The notes beneath the pieces were generated by a model, which ran no database searches, was not told the origin of the DNA, and saw only the letters and a list, made by a program, of their open reading frames with translations. From the NCBI GenBank assembly GCA_030141605.1, contig JAQGDQ010002372.1:434001-498000 (forward strand): DNA of 64,000 nucleotides. The letters are read 5' to 3'. The stretch comes from Tubiluchus corallicola (Eukaryota > Animalia > Priapulida). A program made the translations under genes and the position numbers. This document shows positions 1-13,117 of this stretch, piece after piece. Each line of letters opens with the position of its first letter. The stretch's first letter is position 1.

Positions 1-355
1 GTAAATGTAAGAATGTAAGTCATTTATCTATATAGCATGCTGATACGAAGTGCTTCAGTATTAAGATATAATTGTTTGGTGATAATTACAACTGGCAAGC
101 AAGAAATAAGTTAATGCATCATTTTTGGACGATGAAGTAATAATTTAATAAAAATGTAAAGTCTGTCAAAATAGCATGAAGTCTCTTCTATGGTTACAGT
201 TATTTTATTATAGTAATTATAACTATACATTATAAGGACTAAATTGCTTACCTCTCACCTCTTTATTTGATGTTTTTAAAAGTATAATAATTAGCACTCA
301 TACAGCACACATAAGTGTAGCTGCAGCCTGCTCTATAAAGATGTGTATCAAATAC

Positions 356-540
356 CTGTTGCGCGATTCAAGACCTTCGACCAAATAGTCTACTAAATTT
401 GGCCATATTTCATTTAGTACAAAGGAGTCAGTCATATCTCCAAAAACAATAACCATCAAAGGTAAAGCTGCTCCATGGCATAATGCTCCAAAAGTGCCCA
501 AAAACATGAACAACTTGTCCCACACATCAGCAAAACGAAA
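356..540 (-). CDS. ABCB1: ABCB1-like exon encoding TM1
   Basis: [40 protein letters not shown], bounded by ttatag and gtattt. Confidence 0.92.
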
Positions 541-3334
541 CTATAACAAATTACAAAAAAAAAACACAAATAAAAGCTTGCTAGACATTATTTATTATTT
601 TACTTGGCCATTTTATGCAACAAAGTTAGCAAATACAGGGAAAATTTTACTTTAAAAATGATTAGCGGTAACTGCTAATCAAAATCTATTTTGTATAGTA
701 AGTTTTTTGTGCAGCATTTTTCAAAACAAGTAACTGTTATTACTTCTGCTTGCAAATTCGCATTTATTATGATAGGTTAATACTACACACATTAATGCAA
801 TAAAAAATGCAAAAAACAATAATTGATCTAGAAACATGATTATAAAATTATTTAAGATCGTTCTGTGAGGATCTTAAGGCGATTTTAAAAAATTTCGTAA
901 ATTTGTAATGTTCGAAGACCTTTTCAAGTGTTTCTGCACTTTTGTAAACAAATGGCAACAAATGCACAGCAATCAGCTGAAATTACGTAGCAAAATGCTA
1001 TGGGCTACCACATAACATTTTCACTGCAAATACACGAGACAATCACAAGCGCTTACACATAACTCTATAGAAGTCTCGCTCTTAACCAGTGCATTTATAA
1101 AATAGTAGAAAACTAATGACATTGATTTACACTTTCTTTATAGGCAATACATTGTCCAAACTAGAAATTTACAATATTTTTTATGAACAATATACCTATT
1201 GTATATTTCAATTATTTAGTTATGTACACAAGTTTAAAAACACACATAGTAGAACATTTTCTTAATTTGTTTGGTGTCGCAACACCTCCAAAATCTGTAG
1301 AACTAAAAGAGACAGTGTCCTTAGATTGGGTTAGAAACATCTAATACTAACAGTTACTATCCTAGCACTAAGCAGAATTGACACTGCACTATTTTAGACC
1401 TCTTCTAACTGACATATGAGCTACAGTTATTAAATGTGTTACAGTGAGCATCAAAACTTTTCTATTCAACACGTAAATGTTTAGTGACACACTAAAGAGT
1501 AAGTGCAATAAATATGCATCATAGTGATTAACCTTTGCATCATTTAATAAATATGTACATGTCCAAATAAGTTGGAAGTTCTCTACGATTTTTGTACAAT
1601 GTGATCCGTAAAAAGTAATGAATTGTACATCTTGATGAAAGTGACCATGAATGTCCCTAACACTAGAATAATTCTTATTTAGTGGTTTATTTATTTTATT
1701 AGGTTACTCAATTACAGTTGCAAAATTTCATAATATTCTAAATGGCTTATACTAGGCACCATTGGATTTTTGCAATTATTGTAAAAATTAAATCACAGTA
1801 GTAATCAAAAACATAAAAACTGCTCAATGCTCACTTAGGAAACGTTTTTCAACCTAAAATATAAGGCCAGATAGCTACAAAATGTTTCACCAAATACAAT
1901 AATTCATTTAGCATTACAAACAGAGAAGCTTAACTAAAGAACGTTAATGATGTCTTTAGTTTTATAATTGAAATATCGATAACTAGTTCATCAGTTTCCC
2001 TACTTAAAAACATGGGTGTCTGTGATGACGAAGATGTGCTGCACATGTTTCCATGCGTACAGGGTGCCCAAAGTGAAACAAGTCACAATGACGTTTGTTC
2101 AATGACTGTACTACATTGTTACTGTTCTCCCATGTTGTCATCACTCTTCAGTTGAAATTTATTTTTTGCAAATGGCAAGCAAATTGATGCCACCCTGATG
2201 TGTTCTGACCAGCGAGTTTTCTCTTCAAGTAACTTGCCAAGCAAATCGTAAGCGAATTCAGACTAAAGAGCAAAACTTACTGTCAGACACTCACTTCTCT
2301 ATTTGCTGACAGAAGGGTTGAGCGTAATTCACAGAGGCATTCACACTAAACAGTAACTTTAAAGAAATCAATTCGTAGCAACTGTCAGGGAGCTTGAAAT
2401 TTCTTGCTGACTGTAACTCACAATGTAGAACTTTCACACTTGTGAGTTTACTTTCAAAAAGAAAACTCACTAGTCTGAATGCACCATTGGCAAATGAAAC
2501 TAACAAAAGTTGTCCTACAAGCTAGTGACTTGGCAGTCATTGTCAGTTCTCTTTTACTTTTTGAAAGGGGCAATTAGAACAATTAAGACTAGGGATATAA
2601 TTAGATTTAGACTGCCATAACTACAAGCACATAAAACGAAAATGTATATTTACCAAATGAAAAACCCCCACTGGCACCACGTCTTCTTTTTTTTCTTCTT
2701 TTTCTTCCTTGTCGTTTTCTTTTTCAGCAGGAGTCCCAGAAGGAGCCACCTTTCCGGGCCCATTTTTTAAAGGCATCTTTTCCGGGGTGCTGAAAAGACT
2801 GCTCGTCTGAGAAGGGGTGTTAATAGGACTGCAAATAAGTGACATCATTAACACGATGCAGGCAAATTTACTGTTTGAATCACAATATTCAAAATGATTA
2901 GTTTTGATCATTTTATCAAAAAATTCTTGCAGTTAATTAATTATGAAGCACACTTTCTTTAGTTTAAAAACTTTTTCAAAACTTTTTAATTTAGTATAGT
3001 TTACTCACTAATTGCTAGCAGTATCGTACAATGTAAGTGGAAGGGCTGAACATACACAACCATTAATTATATGTACTTCAAACTCTTTCTTTTAAGCTTT
3101 ATTTCAATTGTACCATTTAGGTTTATAAGTATAGTTGAATTTAATTTACAGTTGCGAATTTGTTATACTAATTGCTTTTTACTAAATTTCATATATATCA
3201 TGCATGACAAATAAAGATGACTATTATTTTATGTATGTATTATTTCAATAAATCGCGCTTTACCTGTAATTAGAGCCATTCATCAATTTTTCACCTGGCG
3301 GTTCTTCTGAATTCAACGCACTTATAGTCGACAT
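356..3334 (-). CDS. ABCB1: ABCB1/MDR1 P-glycoprotein-like ABC transporter, 5' coding exons 3334-3264, 2828-2654, 540-356; gene continues off the left edge
   Basis: Spliced translation [11 protein letters not shown]...[17 protein letters not shown]|[40 protein letters not shown] matches the P-gp N-terminal elbow and TM1 motif. GT-AG junctions are phase-compatible (2,0). Exact ABCB1/4/5/11 orthology is not resolvable. Confidence 0.88.
2654..2828 (-). CDS. ABCB1: ABCB1-like N-terminal exon
   Basis: Charged linker ending VVPVGVFHL, in phase with the FRFAD exon. Confidence 0.8.
3264..3334 (-). CDS. ABCB1: Probable first coding exon of the ABCB1-like gene
   Basis: ATG TCG ACT...TAC AG|gtaaag; phase 2 matches the next exon. 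Confidence 0.6.
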
Positions 3335-5949
3335 ACTTTCTTGCTGGTTAAACCCCTAAAAATGTTGTGCCGCACTGCAAAAGATATGGTTATTACATAA
3401 AGACCAGCAAAACGTAAGCTCATTGCTCTTCCGTGGCGCAATAACACACCACAGAATTCAATGGAAAAGTCACGCTTTGCTGGCTAGTGGCCGGTATGTT
3501 ACTGAGAAGCTGGCACTCGCCAGACAACTGTCAACAACATATTCCTTTATGCAGGACCTTATTTGATTTCATGTGAATGAATTTTACGAAGGTAGATGTC
3601 TCTACCTAAAACAAGTTTTTAATTTGGCAAAATAAAGCAGGGTTGTCCAGATAATGAAATCGTACAGTTGTCCGCTGGATGACCGCCGTATGCAAGGAGG
3701 CGTTTGTCAAAAAAGTGAAAGCACCACGCAAGAAAATAACTTACATTTTCATGATCCCTAACACGCCGATTACAGTTTACACACCAGATTAGCCGCGTTT
3801 CTCTAGTCGTAAAATAACAACGATCAAATTATTTTCAATTACTATATAAAACTAATTATATAGCTAATAAAATTGAGCTAAAACACCATTCAGTGCATAG
3901 GCTCACATCAGTAAGCCAACGTGTCGATGAATAAGTATTTCTTATCTCTAATCTTATTGCATTCGAGTGCAAAATTGTGTCGTGTAAAGCCTAATACAAT
4001 AATTTTATTAATGTACTTGCACTAGCTCTGTGTTCAAAGTCCAAGTAGTTTGCACTACTAAATACGGTATTGCTGTAAACTGTAAAATACAGGTGATCTC
4101 ATTTCAACTAAAAATCATTAAACTGTACTGCAACTAGGCTGCAAATTAATTATATGAAAGGTATCTCTATTTGATCAAAGTTTAACCAGCTGTAGAATGG
4201 TTACCAAGGCCAGCCACCGTTCAAAGTTTACAAGAAGCCATTATACATGTGCGTATAGACAAGTCATCAATACATGTACTGACATCAGCATCTGTATTCT
4301 ACAGTCAGGCAGAGTGAAAAGTGAAAGCCGATGAAATGAAAATCACGCTCAAGTAAAACTCACTCTCGAGTTGTTGATTTGTTAAACACGTCACTCTACG
4401 TTAACACGTAACAGCTAACATTCTACATTAGCAAAACTGAAAAACCCGTTTCGTCTATTACGGATAAACTGCGTCTGTTTTAGTACAGCTTTAATGTCAA
4501 CATAGTAACTGGTAAAATTATTGTTGTCATTGTGACAACGTACAGCATCGCGTTCAATACTGCGTACACACGCAATTTATATTGCTGAGCTAGTGGTAGT
4601 ATTTAGTATCTAAAGTTAGTTGAGCGAGTTCTTGTGAGTATGATTTTAATTTGTGTAAAATAGCCAGCGTAATTCATTTCACATCAAATGTACTTTTATG
4701 AAAGCCAAGTTTTAGCCTTCACATTAAACCTGCTTTCGTTAGCTATCACCATGGTAACGTTGCACAAATTTCACTGTACAATGCCAGTCTGCGAATACGT
4801 TTACAATTATTATACTTCTCTTAGCTCCTTCAATACATCAAACGTACAATTGTAGATTTTGCCCCGTAAACTGAAAGCTAACGAGATGTAAACACTCTCT
4901 CCATTACTGTGAACACGGATGAAGTTGTTGCTTAAGCTGAACAAATTCTTTCACCACCAAAAATAGCCTAAGAAATTACAACAGTCAACAAAAAAATAAA
5001 TAAAGATGCCTTCAACCAACACTTCCGTACAGTATCTTTCTCTTTACAAGACAGAGGAACCGCCCAGCTGTACTCCAGAGGAACCTTTCTGACCTTTCCT
5101 CATCATGATTGGATGGTTAGTATAATTGGATGGCCAGTGGGTTGACGAAGCCCTGTTAAAACTTATGTACAACTTTTGTCATACTCAGCATCATCACTTC
5201 AAAACTAGTGGCAACTATATATTTTGATTCACTGCACGATTGGAATGTATTAGGACAAATTAAAATTTGCTAATGCGTACCTGGTTTTTTTACATATTAG
5301 CTTAGAATTTCGGCTATTCTTTTGCACCTGTTTCACTTCTAAATATAAATAATACTGCATCATATTAGATCAGATACAGCAGCAAACACAAATATGCCAA
5401 TTCCTTCCCCTCCCCCACCCCTAATACAGCTGTGGAAATCAGCTTACTAAATCAATAGATTCCAAACGTGCATCATTCATTAATATTGTTTCATAAAATC
5501 TCAGGATGTTATTATTAGCTTATATAGTAGGGTTCCTTATGTCCGATATATGGTTCCAGTGGCATTTCTGTGCGAAATTTATTGAAAGTAAAGAATTGTG
5601 ACTCACAGTCCAGAAAAATTGGGTGCCATTTGCAATTGGGCCCCAGATCAAAGAAAAGCCCCATGCTGACTATTAAGACACACCAGTAATTGCACTAGAA
5701 GGTATTTTTATGGTTCTGAATATTAATTTGATATTAGTTTCTTCATAAGGACGGACCCAATTGCCCTAGCAACCCACTTTACGGTATTCCTTCTGGCCCG
5801 AAAGTATGGCACGCCCGACTTATTTAGTGTACAAATCTGAAATTTACTAGAATGGGTTATTTTAGAATGCTGAATACAAACAATGAACTTAGTTTTTCTG
5901 TGTGGATGGATCTGTTTGCCCAGACGCCGATCTTATAGGGTTTTCCGGG

Positions 5950-6700
5950 AACCAAAATAGGACAAATCGTAACATTAAGCACATTCCTAAATATTGCCAG
6001 AAAGGATTTTTCGGCCATTTACTGGGACCAATGCAACCAAAATAAAAGCAAGTACTTTAAAACACTGTAAAGAACATCCATTCAGCCACAATATCAAATT
6101 GATGAACTTAGTCTCAAAAATGGCTGCGCCTGATGAAATTAAACAAGATATCCACTGGCATGACGAAAAAGGTAAAGCTAAGCTTAAAGATATGGTTTCA
6201 TTCAGATTGACGATGTTCATTGCTGTTAAGTCGATTTGGGATAATATTGAAAAGATGAAGTTGAAAGTTCTCGGCACAAGTCAAAAGAAGATTGCATGCA
6301 AAGTTCAGGAGAAGGTTGCGAAGTTCCGACAACTGTTGGCTCGCTTTTTAGTTGTACAACAGTCAAGCCCTGAACTCCGAGAAACATTAGGTGACACCAC
6401 TAGCAGTTTGAGTTCTCTGTTATTCCAAAGTCCTTGTTTCCTGATGGAAAACTTCTAATTCCTATGTATAAAAGTTCTTTCATTATGCTTTTTTAGAATT
6501 TCATTGCAAAAGGAAAAGATGTTACAAGGTACCTTTCAGTGAATGAGCCAAGAACAAAGTGTGCATTATCAATGCTATGGCTGTTGTCCAATGATGTTAA
6601 GAAAGAGCCTAGCAAGGAAACCTTTGCTTTGTGCAAAGATGTGATAAGATCATGAAAGCTTACAAAAAACTCTAAAATCTCAGACAAGTCGGTTACTTAG
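5950..6700 (+). mobile_element. Degenerate large DNA-transposon transposase fragment (Academ-like, tentative)
   Basis: ORF 5994-6458 (KLKVLG...FRQLLARFLVVQQSSPELRETLG), a frameshifted continuation and a later IINAMAVVQ segment resemble the KLKTF...LF.RLLVV...IIDGMA pattern I recall from invertebrate Academ-type transposases. Family assignment is from memory. Confidence 0.5.
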
Positions 6701-9319
6701 TGTACAGAGTTCAATTTTAGTTTGTTAAGATAATTATTTTGTTGCTTCGTTGGGTTTAATTCAAATTACTATTACCATAGCAACTGTTTTTTATTACTTT
6801 GTGGCACCGAGATTCATAAAAAAGGAAAAAATAATAATAATAACTATTATTATAGAAATATGAATGATATTACAGAAACTGTACATCCTTACTACTTGTT
6901 TCAAATTATTGCAAGTTTTACTAAAACATCACATATTGCTACAGAATTTTTTTTTTAAATTGAGTATCCAAATGTTTACAAAGGGGTTTACAGTCACGTG
7001 GTCTTGTGCATACGTTTCTTGTGAATGGCTCCTGACTGCCTGAATTTGCTTAGATGGGTAACTTAATTCACCACACTGATTCTGGCTGTTTAACTGTCTG
7101 TTTACAGTAATCCCAACATGGCTAAAATACTTTGGCCATTTCAGTGGCTCATCTTAGGAGGATATCCTTGATCAGCCAGGCTCCCGTCATGCCACAAATG
7201 TCAACTTTAAGTAGACCCTGCATTTAAATGCTGGATTTTGGCTTCTAGAGTATTTCTTTATGAACAGGGCGACCGAATGGTTGCAGAATAATGTTTGTTT
7301 CAAGAAAATGAGTGGATTAGCTTACGTTAGGTATTACTTGCCACAATGCATGGCAGTTTCGCGGCAAGGGTGGCAAAGAATCGGAAAAAACTGACCATTT
7401 CACTTTTTGGCTGTACATTGTCAACAAATATCCGATTCATGAAACACATGCCATGAAATGCTGTGTAATTTGTTTAATAAGTGTGCCACAATTTTCTATT
7501 TATAAGTTTACTGATAGAAGAATAAAATAGATAAAACAGCAAATAAAGTTTTAGTGTGAAAATTATAGTTCTTTTGCGATGATAAAAGTTATGAAGAAAT
7601 CTGTAACAACAAAATACACTGTGGGACGAAACTTAAAGGAAGACCGGACGATTGTTCAGACTTAATCTCATGTTAATTTACTGTCCAAAATATACAATTT
7701 CTTGCCTACAAAAGTTAACAATTGTTCCTTATATTTGAATAATTGGCTTAGAAAGTTAATTAACGGCAACCGCACACAGCTATTGCTTACGTCAGAAACT
7801 AACACACAGTTTGTGCAATGGCAGGCGTCTTCCCTTGCGCATCAAGCCCATTTGCATAAGTGTTACAATACTATTTAAACGCATGATGTCCCGAAAAGGG
7901 CTTTACATCATGTGACATCAGAAACTAACACTGCAGTTCATGTGATCATGCTTATCACGGTTCCGCCTTCTATTTGTTGGCCACGCGAATGTGACAAAAA
8001 GGCGCCGCTGCCAATCTTAGTAGATTCATTGAGCCGCACGTAGCTTTGAAAGTTTAAGGAAATTTGAGTATCCTAGGTAATTATTATTTAATCTAAGCTT
8101 TGATTTAAAAAAAAGCTTTTGTAGTTTTCAAATTTTCGAGTATTCTTTATTGTGAACTAATGCTTACACAATCATCCGGTTGTACTTTAAATATCGGCAA
8201 CAGAATTGAACCTCAACTCATTTTCACTTCATTTTAAAAAATGAATCAAATCCGAATCTCACATTTTTGTAATTTCCGAAACTGAATCAAATCCGAATCT
8301 TCAATTCACTTAAATTCTAATATCAGAGTGAAATCCAAAAATTTTAGCTTGATGTAAGTTCGTTTTGGCATCCGTGCATTGTTAGATGCAATAGATTTTA
8401 TTTGTTGAAATTAATGATCTTGCCAAAACACAATAAAGTTTTTAAATCCAGATTTTGTTTTAGCCTTGTCTATGTTCAGCTTGCTTAGATTTTTATTTAT
8501 TTATCTTAAAATGTGTTCGTACTATGTACAAAGAATTCCAAAAACTTTTGGTGTATTAAATTACGAATGCATTTTCTTATTCAAAACGAAATCTTGCGCA
8601 AGTTGCACCATTGTCGCATAAGACGCGAAAATAGGACTACCACGTGTATCAACATCCTGGAAGTGGCGACAGATACATGCATACATACATTACATAGACG
8701 TTTATTTTCTCCAATAAACATATCACAGATGGATAGACAAATACACAGACGGGGCGATAATTCTACAGTTGCCAATTTCGTTGGGGCAACTATAATAATT
8801 TCTCAGTCGTCAGTTCATAATAATAACTAACACCATACTCGAGTCATGCTCATACGTATAGCCTATGATAGGACTAGTCCTAAGCCACTGTCAAATTTTT
8901 AATGAAGCGACCGCAAAATTAATTACTTTCGAAACATAATACTGTAGTAGTATATTTACCCTTTTCGCTCAAGTTTCTTGGCGCAAAGTTTAAATTTAAT
9001 GATTTTCCACTTTCACTTTCTTTACCGGGCTATTTTTGACGAATGACTCAGTCAGCTTACAGAGTGACGTAAACTTTCAATGGGCAAAATCTTGCGTTAT
9101 GCATATCCATGGTCAGAGCTCATGTGACCCAATGAAGGACGAACTTTGATTTAACAATAATTAGGAACTAAGTTTCTAACACGCAAAATCAACGAATCAT
9201 ATTACAACATTTTTATTTAAAAAAATCAGCCTTTCTGATGAAATCCGCATCAAGTCTACTTTGCATCCCCTATGTTATCACTGTGAGTAAAATAACACCA
9301 AAATGAACTCGCTGAGGAG

Positions 9320-10062
9320 TAGAGGTGAGCACCAAACGTTCGAGTTTGATTCGAACTTAAAATTATAGATTCGAATAATTCAGCACTTCAGTCATATGCG
9401 TTCTATTTCATTAAAATGTTTGAAACAGCATCAATTAACACAATTTAGCTGCAGTTTTTGTGCAAAATTTTCAACAGAATAATAGTGGTTTTGCTGCACA
9501 ACAAAATCAAGTAATATGCATAATGTAAGACCACTTTTTACTTCAGCTTCAAAAACTTGTTCGAAAATCTTTCAAACTCTTTCATAATTCGATTCGAATT
9601 TGAAATACTGATATTTGGTTCAACTCGAATTCAAAAGTCACGAATTTGACTCGAATTTGCTTTCTAGTAGAAAATGCTCACCCCTAAGTCTGAGGAGTGG
9701 CAAAAATTCAGTCGATCAGATTACATGGCAGGGATGAACATCAAACGTTCGAATCGAATGAGTTTTTTTATTGCAAATTTGATTTGAACCTAAATTATAG
9801 ATTTGAATAGCTCAACACTTCAGCCCCATACGTTTCTTTATCAATAAAATGTTTGAAACAGCATGCAATTAGCACAATTGAGCTTGCAGTTTTTGTGCAA
9901 AAATTTTAGCAAACTAATAGTGGTTTTACTGCAAAACAAAATCAATTAATATGCATGATCTTTGTAAAACCGCTTTTCACTACTGATCCGAAAAATTGTT
10001 CAAAAATGTTTCAAACTGAATTCGAATTTTAAATAGTGAAAGGTAGAAAATGCTTATTCCTA
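9320..10062. mobile_element. Two adjacent copies of a ~350-bp MITE (9320-9686 and ~9729-10062)
   Basis: Termini tagaggtgagca / tgctcaccccta, internal TTCGAA subrepeats and clearly alignable bodies. Confidence 0.65.
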
Positions 10063-10368
10063 TTACACAGCTTGTCGTTTTTGACAAGTTGACAACCAAA
10101 ATAATGCTTCATAGTAGTAGTAATAAAATTTTATTTTCGGTCAGCTAGTAGTAATTTAACATGAAACATTAGCTAAAACACTATTATTACTCCACTGATA
10201 ATTAGTAGTTAAAATTTTAGCAAAGTCTTAATATGGCTCAGAGCAGATATATATCTATGGTCACAACGATGGTCTCAACTGTGCAACAAAGGTTGCTTGT
10301 TGCTTACAATGAATTTCTAGGTGTTGGGAGCAAAATACAGCAGTAGCCCGAGTAAAGAGTAGAACGCG

Positions 10369-11034
10369 TCGTACATGGGCTAGCCTCCAAGTAAGACGCG
10401 TCGTACATGGGCTGCCCAAGTAGGACACTAGAGACAGGTCACGAATTGAGTCCTTAACCGTACTGGCAGCGTCCGTTGTCTTTGTGTATTTAATAATAAT
10501 AAAACATCAATACACGTAATGAATAATGAATATATACATATAATGAATAATTTATTATACATTTGATAAAATAAAAGAATCTTATTTGTGCAAGAAGAAT
10601 GGCCAATATTAAATTTGGCTTCGATATTAATCTTTTTGAAGTGAAATAAGCCCGCTTTCTAGGCGATTCCAACATCTGCTTAACATAATTATCATTTATT
10701 ATTTTGTCTTGCTTCACAGACAGGTGATCCGTTTTACTACCTCTTGGGAAAATAATTGTTTTCTACTATGTAAACGGGCTAGCAAGCTATGTGCACTACA
10801 TAGTTTCTCTCTTTAAAGCATTAGATACTTAGGTTAATGTTAGGATGATATTAATGGAGCTAATAATAATGATGATATTATTGCAAACAATACATTTTTA
10901 AATCGTCAAGGACTATTCATCGTTATTATAAAGTTACTTTTTTCTAAAACAAATTTAGTTTTATGTTTATTATGTCGTAATTCTCGATTCTCGACAGAAA
11001 TCGCCAGTGCCCAACTTGGGCTGCCCATGTACGA
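10369..11034. mobile_element. Non-autonomous element with inverted termini
   Basis: gtcgtacatgggctgcccaagt near 10400, with a partial second copy at 10369, is inverted at acttgggctgcccatgtacgac near 11013-11034. Confidence 0.5.
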
Positions 11035-11696
11035 CACTGCTTTTCTGCAAATTTTACACGTGGGGCTTAACGAAAGTGTCTTACCTCGGCTAACTTCGTA
11101 CTCGGCGCCCTACATAAGGACTTGAAAAGCGAGAGCGGCAAAAACTAAAGAAGTTTGTTTCACGAAATTCGACAAAAATTCTCGCAATGTGTGATATGTT
11201 TTCGTTTCAAACGTTTTTAAGGTACATAAACTACGTTAAAGGAAAAGCTACAGGTCTCGGGAAATTGAGCTTATTTTGGACAAGCATGAGAAAGTTGCAG
11301 CAGTAAAACTGTGAAAAACGCCTCCTGTAATTAGTAAAATCAATTAACTTCTTCACGACCGTGGGATTTTATTGCATTCAGCATGGGTTCATGAAAAACC
11401 GTTCTCACCAAGCAACGACTGCATTGTAATTATTTTCATTTTTGTATATCTCACACAATGGCCATTCATACAAAATCAAATTGAAACGCATTGCATTTTT
11501 TAATTACTATTAATTATTATTAATTAGTATTAAAAATCGATTTTTGGAAATCAAATTGAGAAAACTTTTCAGCTATTACATTGTTTTGCACAATAACAAC
11601 GTACAACGTCACTTGCTTGAAATCCACTAATTAATGCAGAACAATACACGGATACACCTTGGCCTCAATTCTACTGTATTTTGAAGGAAAAAAATT

Positions 11697-11773
11697 GTTG
11701 CCATAGATGAGACGACCTTAGTTGAATAGTTGTGTTTCTGTTTGGAGTACCAACAGTTAGTTGCCATGTCAAC
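11697..11773 (+). promoter_or_regulatory. Two X-box (RFX)-like motifs upstream of BBS12
   Basis: GTTGCCATAGATGA (11697-11710) and GTTGCCATGTCAAC (11760-11773, one mismatch to GTTGCCATGGCAAC). BBS and other ciliary genes are canonical RFX targets. Confidence 0.5.
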
Positions 11774-11957
11774 AAAGTTATTGGACTAGTCTTTCTGCTG
11801 CCATACATGTGCAATGATGCTCCAACAATTATTGTAGTGTATTATATATTATAGATTTCCTTTTCATAGTAGCTTATATAACGGATAAATTTAGAGAATT
11901 GTAAAAGCACAATATTCTTAATAAAATTTCCTGTAACCATAAAGAAACTTTTAAAAA

Positions 11958-12908
11958 CAGTATATTATTTCTTCAACATTAATTGAGGTATTGAAAATAT
12001 TGTGAACATGTTCCTACAACTTTGCCAACTGACATCAATGTGCTATTTTTGTCATACAAGAGTTCAAGTACAGGCATGAGTTCACTTAACCAACGTAGCT
12101 TATGTCGCTACATAACCAAGCACTTAATTACACCAATGTAATCAAGCGCTTGGCATAAGGGCCAAGCAATTGTTTTTGCTAGTCTGTGTAATACCTACAC
12201 AGGTATATTTTTGCAAGGTTTGGTATAATTTAGTTATTAGTTGGGTGAGACTCTGAAGCTGTAAAATCTCAAAACACATTCAAACCTGCAGTTTTAATGA
12301 GCTATGATACAGCAGAAATACTACGATTCTAGAATACTAATGCTCCAAGATTTGGGTCCCGGATGATTGGGCCTGTTTTTTACTTATAGAGCCAAGGTCA
12401 CCGTTTAAAATTTTGTCTAACTGTTTTTGGTGAGCTGTTTGAATAGAATGAAAGTGGCACCTGTAGGAAAAATTGGTTCAAATGGAAAAATAGGAAAAAA
12501 TGGCACAAAAGTTTTTTCGATGCAAATAACTTCTATAATAAAACTAGAATGCTCATAGTAGGAAACTCGTCTCTGCCAGTGTTCAACAATTCTAAACATT
12601 TTTGTCTGATCCTTTTGATAGAAAATACATAAAACAAAGAAAAACAAACATGCAAAAATATACCTGTATAGGTATTACACAGACTAGCAAAAACAATTGC
12701 TTGGCCCTTATGCCAAGCGCTTGATTACATTGGTGTAATTAAGTGCTTGGTTATGTAGCGACATAAGCTACGTTGGTTAAGTGAACTCATGCCTGTGCTT
12801 GAACTCTTGTATGACAAAAATCGCACATTGATGTCAGTTGGCAAAATTGTAGGAACATGTTCACAATATTTTCAATACCTCAATTGATCTTGAAGAAATA
12901 ATATACTG
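11958..12908. repeat. 258-bp near-perfect inverted repeat (11958-12215 and 12651-12908) with a 435-bp spacer
   Basis: Arms are reverse complements with only a handful of mismatches. Confidence 0.9.
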
Positions 12909-13038
12909 ATTAGTGAAGCCACTGACTGGAAGTTGTGGAGGCAGTGACCATAGGAAGGTTGTGATTGGTAGACTATAGCCTTGAGATCTGTTCAATTAAT
13001 TTAATTTAATCAGCAAGTTAATTAAATTATTTTTTTAG

Positions 13039-13117
13039 TGTCAAATGCATTACCGATGACAACCAATGCCACTTCATCAAGTGCCCGGCTCAACTACTAG
13101 AAAACATACATTTGAAG
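13039..13117 (+). CDS. BBS12: BBS12 exon
   Basis: VKCITDDNQCHFIKCPAQLLENIHLK. Confidence 0.75.

Noticed and set aside
8513-8830. 105-aa ORF and other short intergenic/intronic ORFs
   Set aside because: No recognisable motifs or splice support; expected by chance or within repeats.
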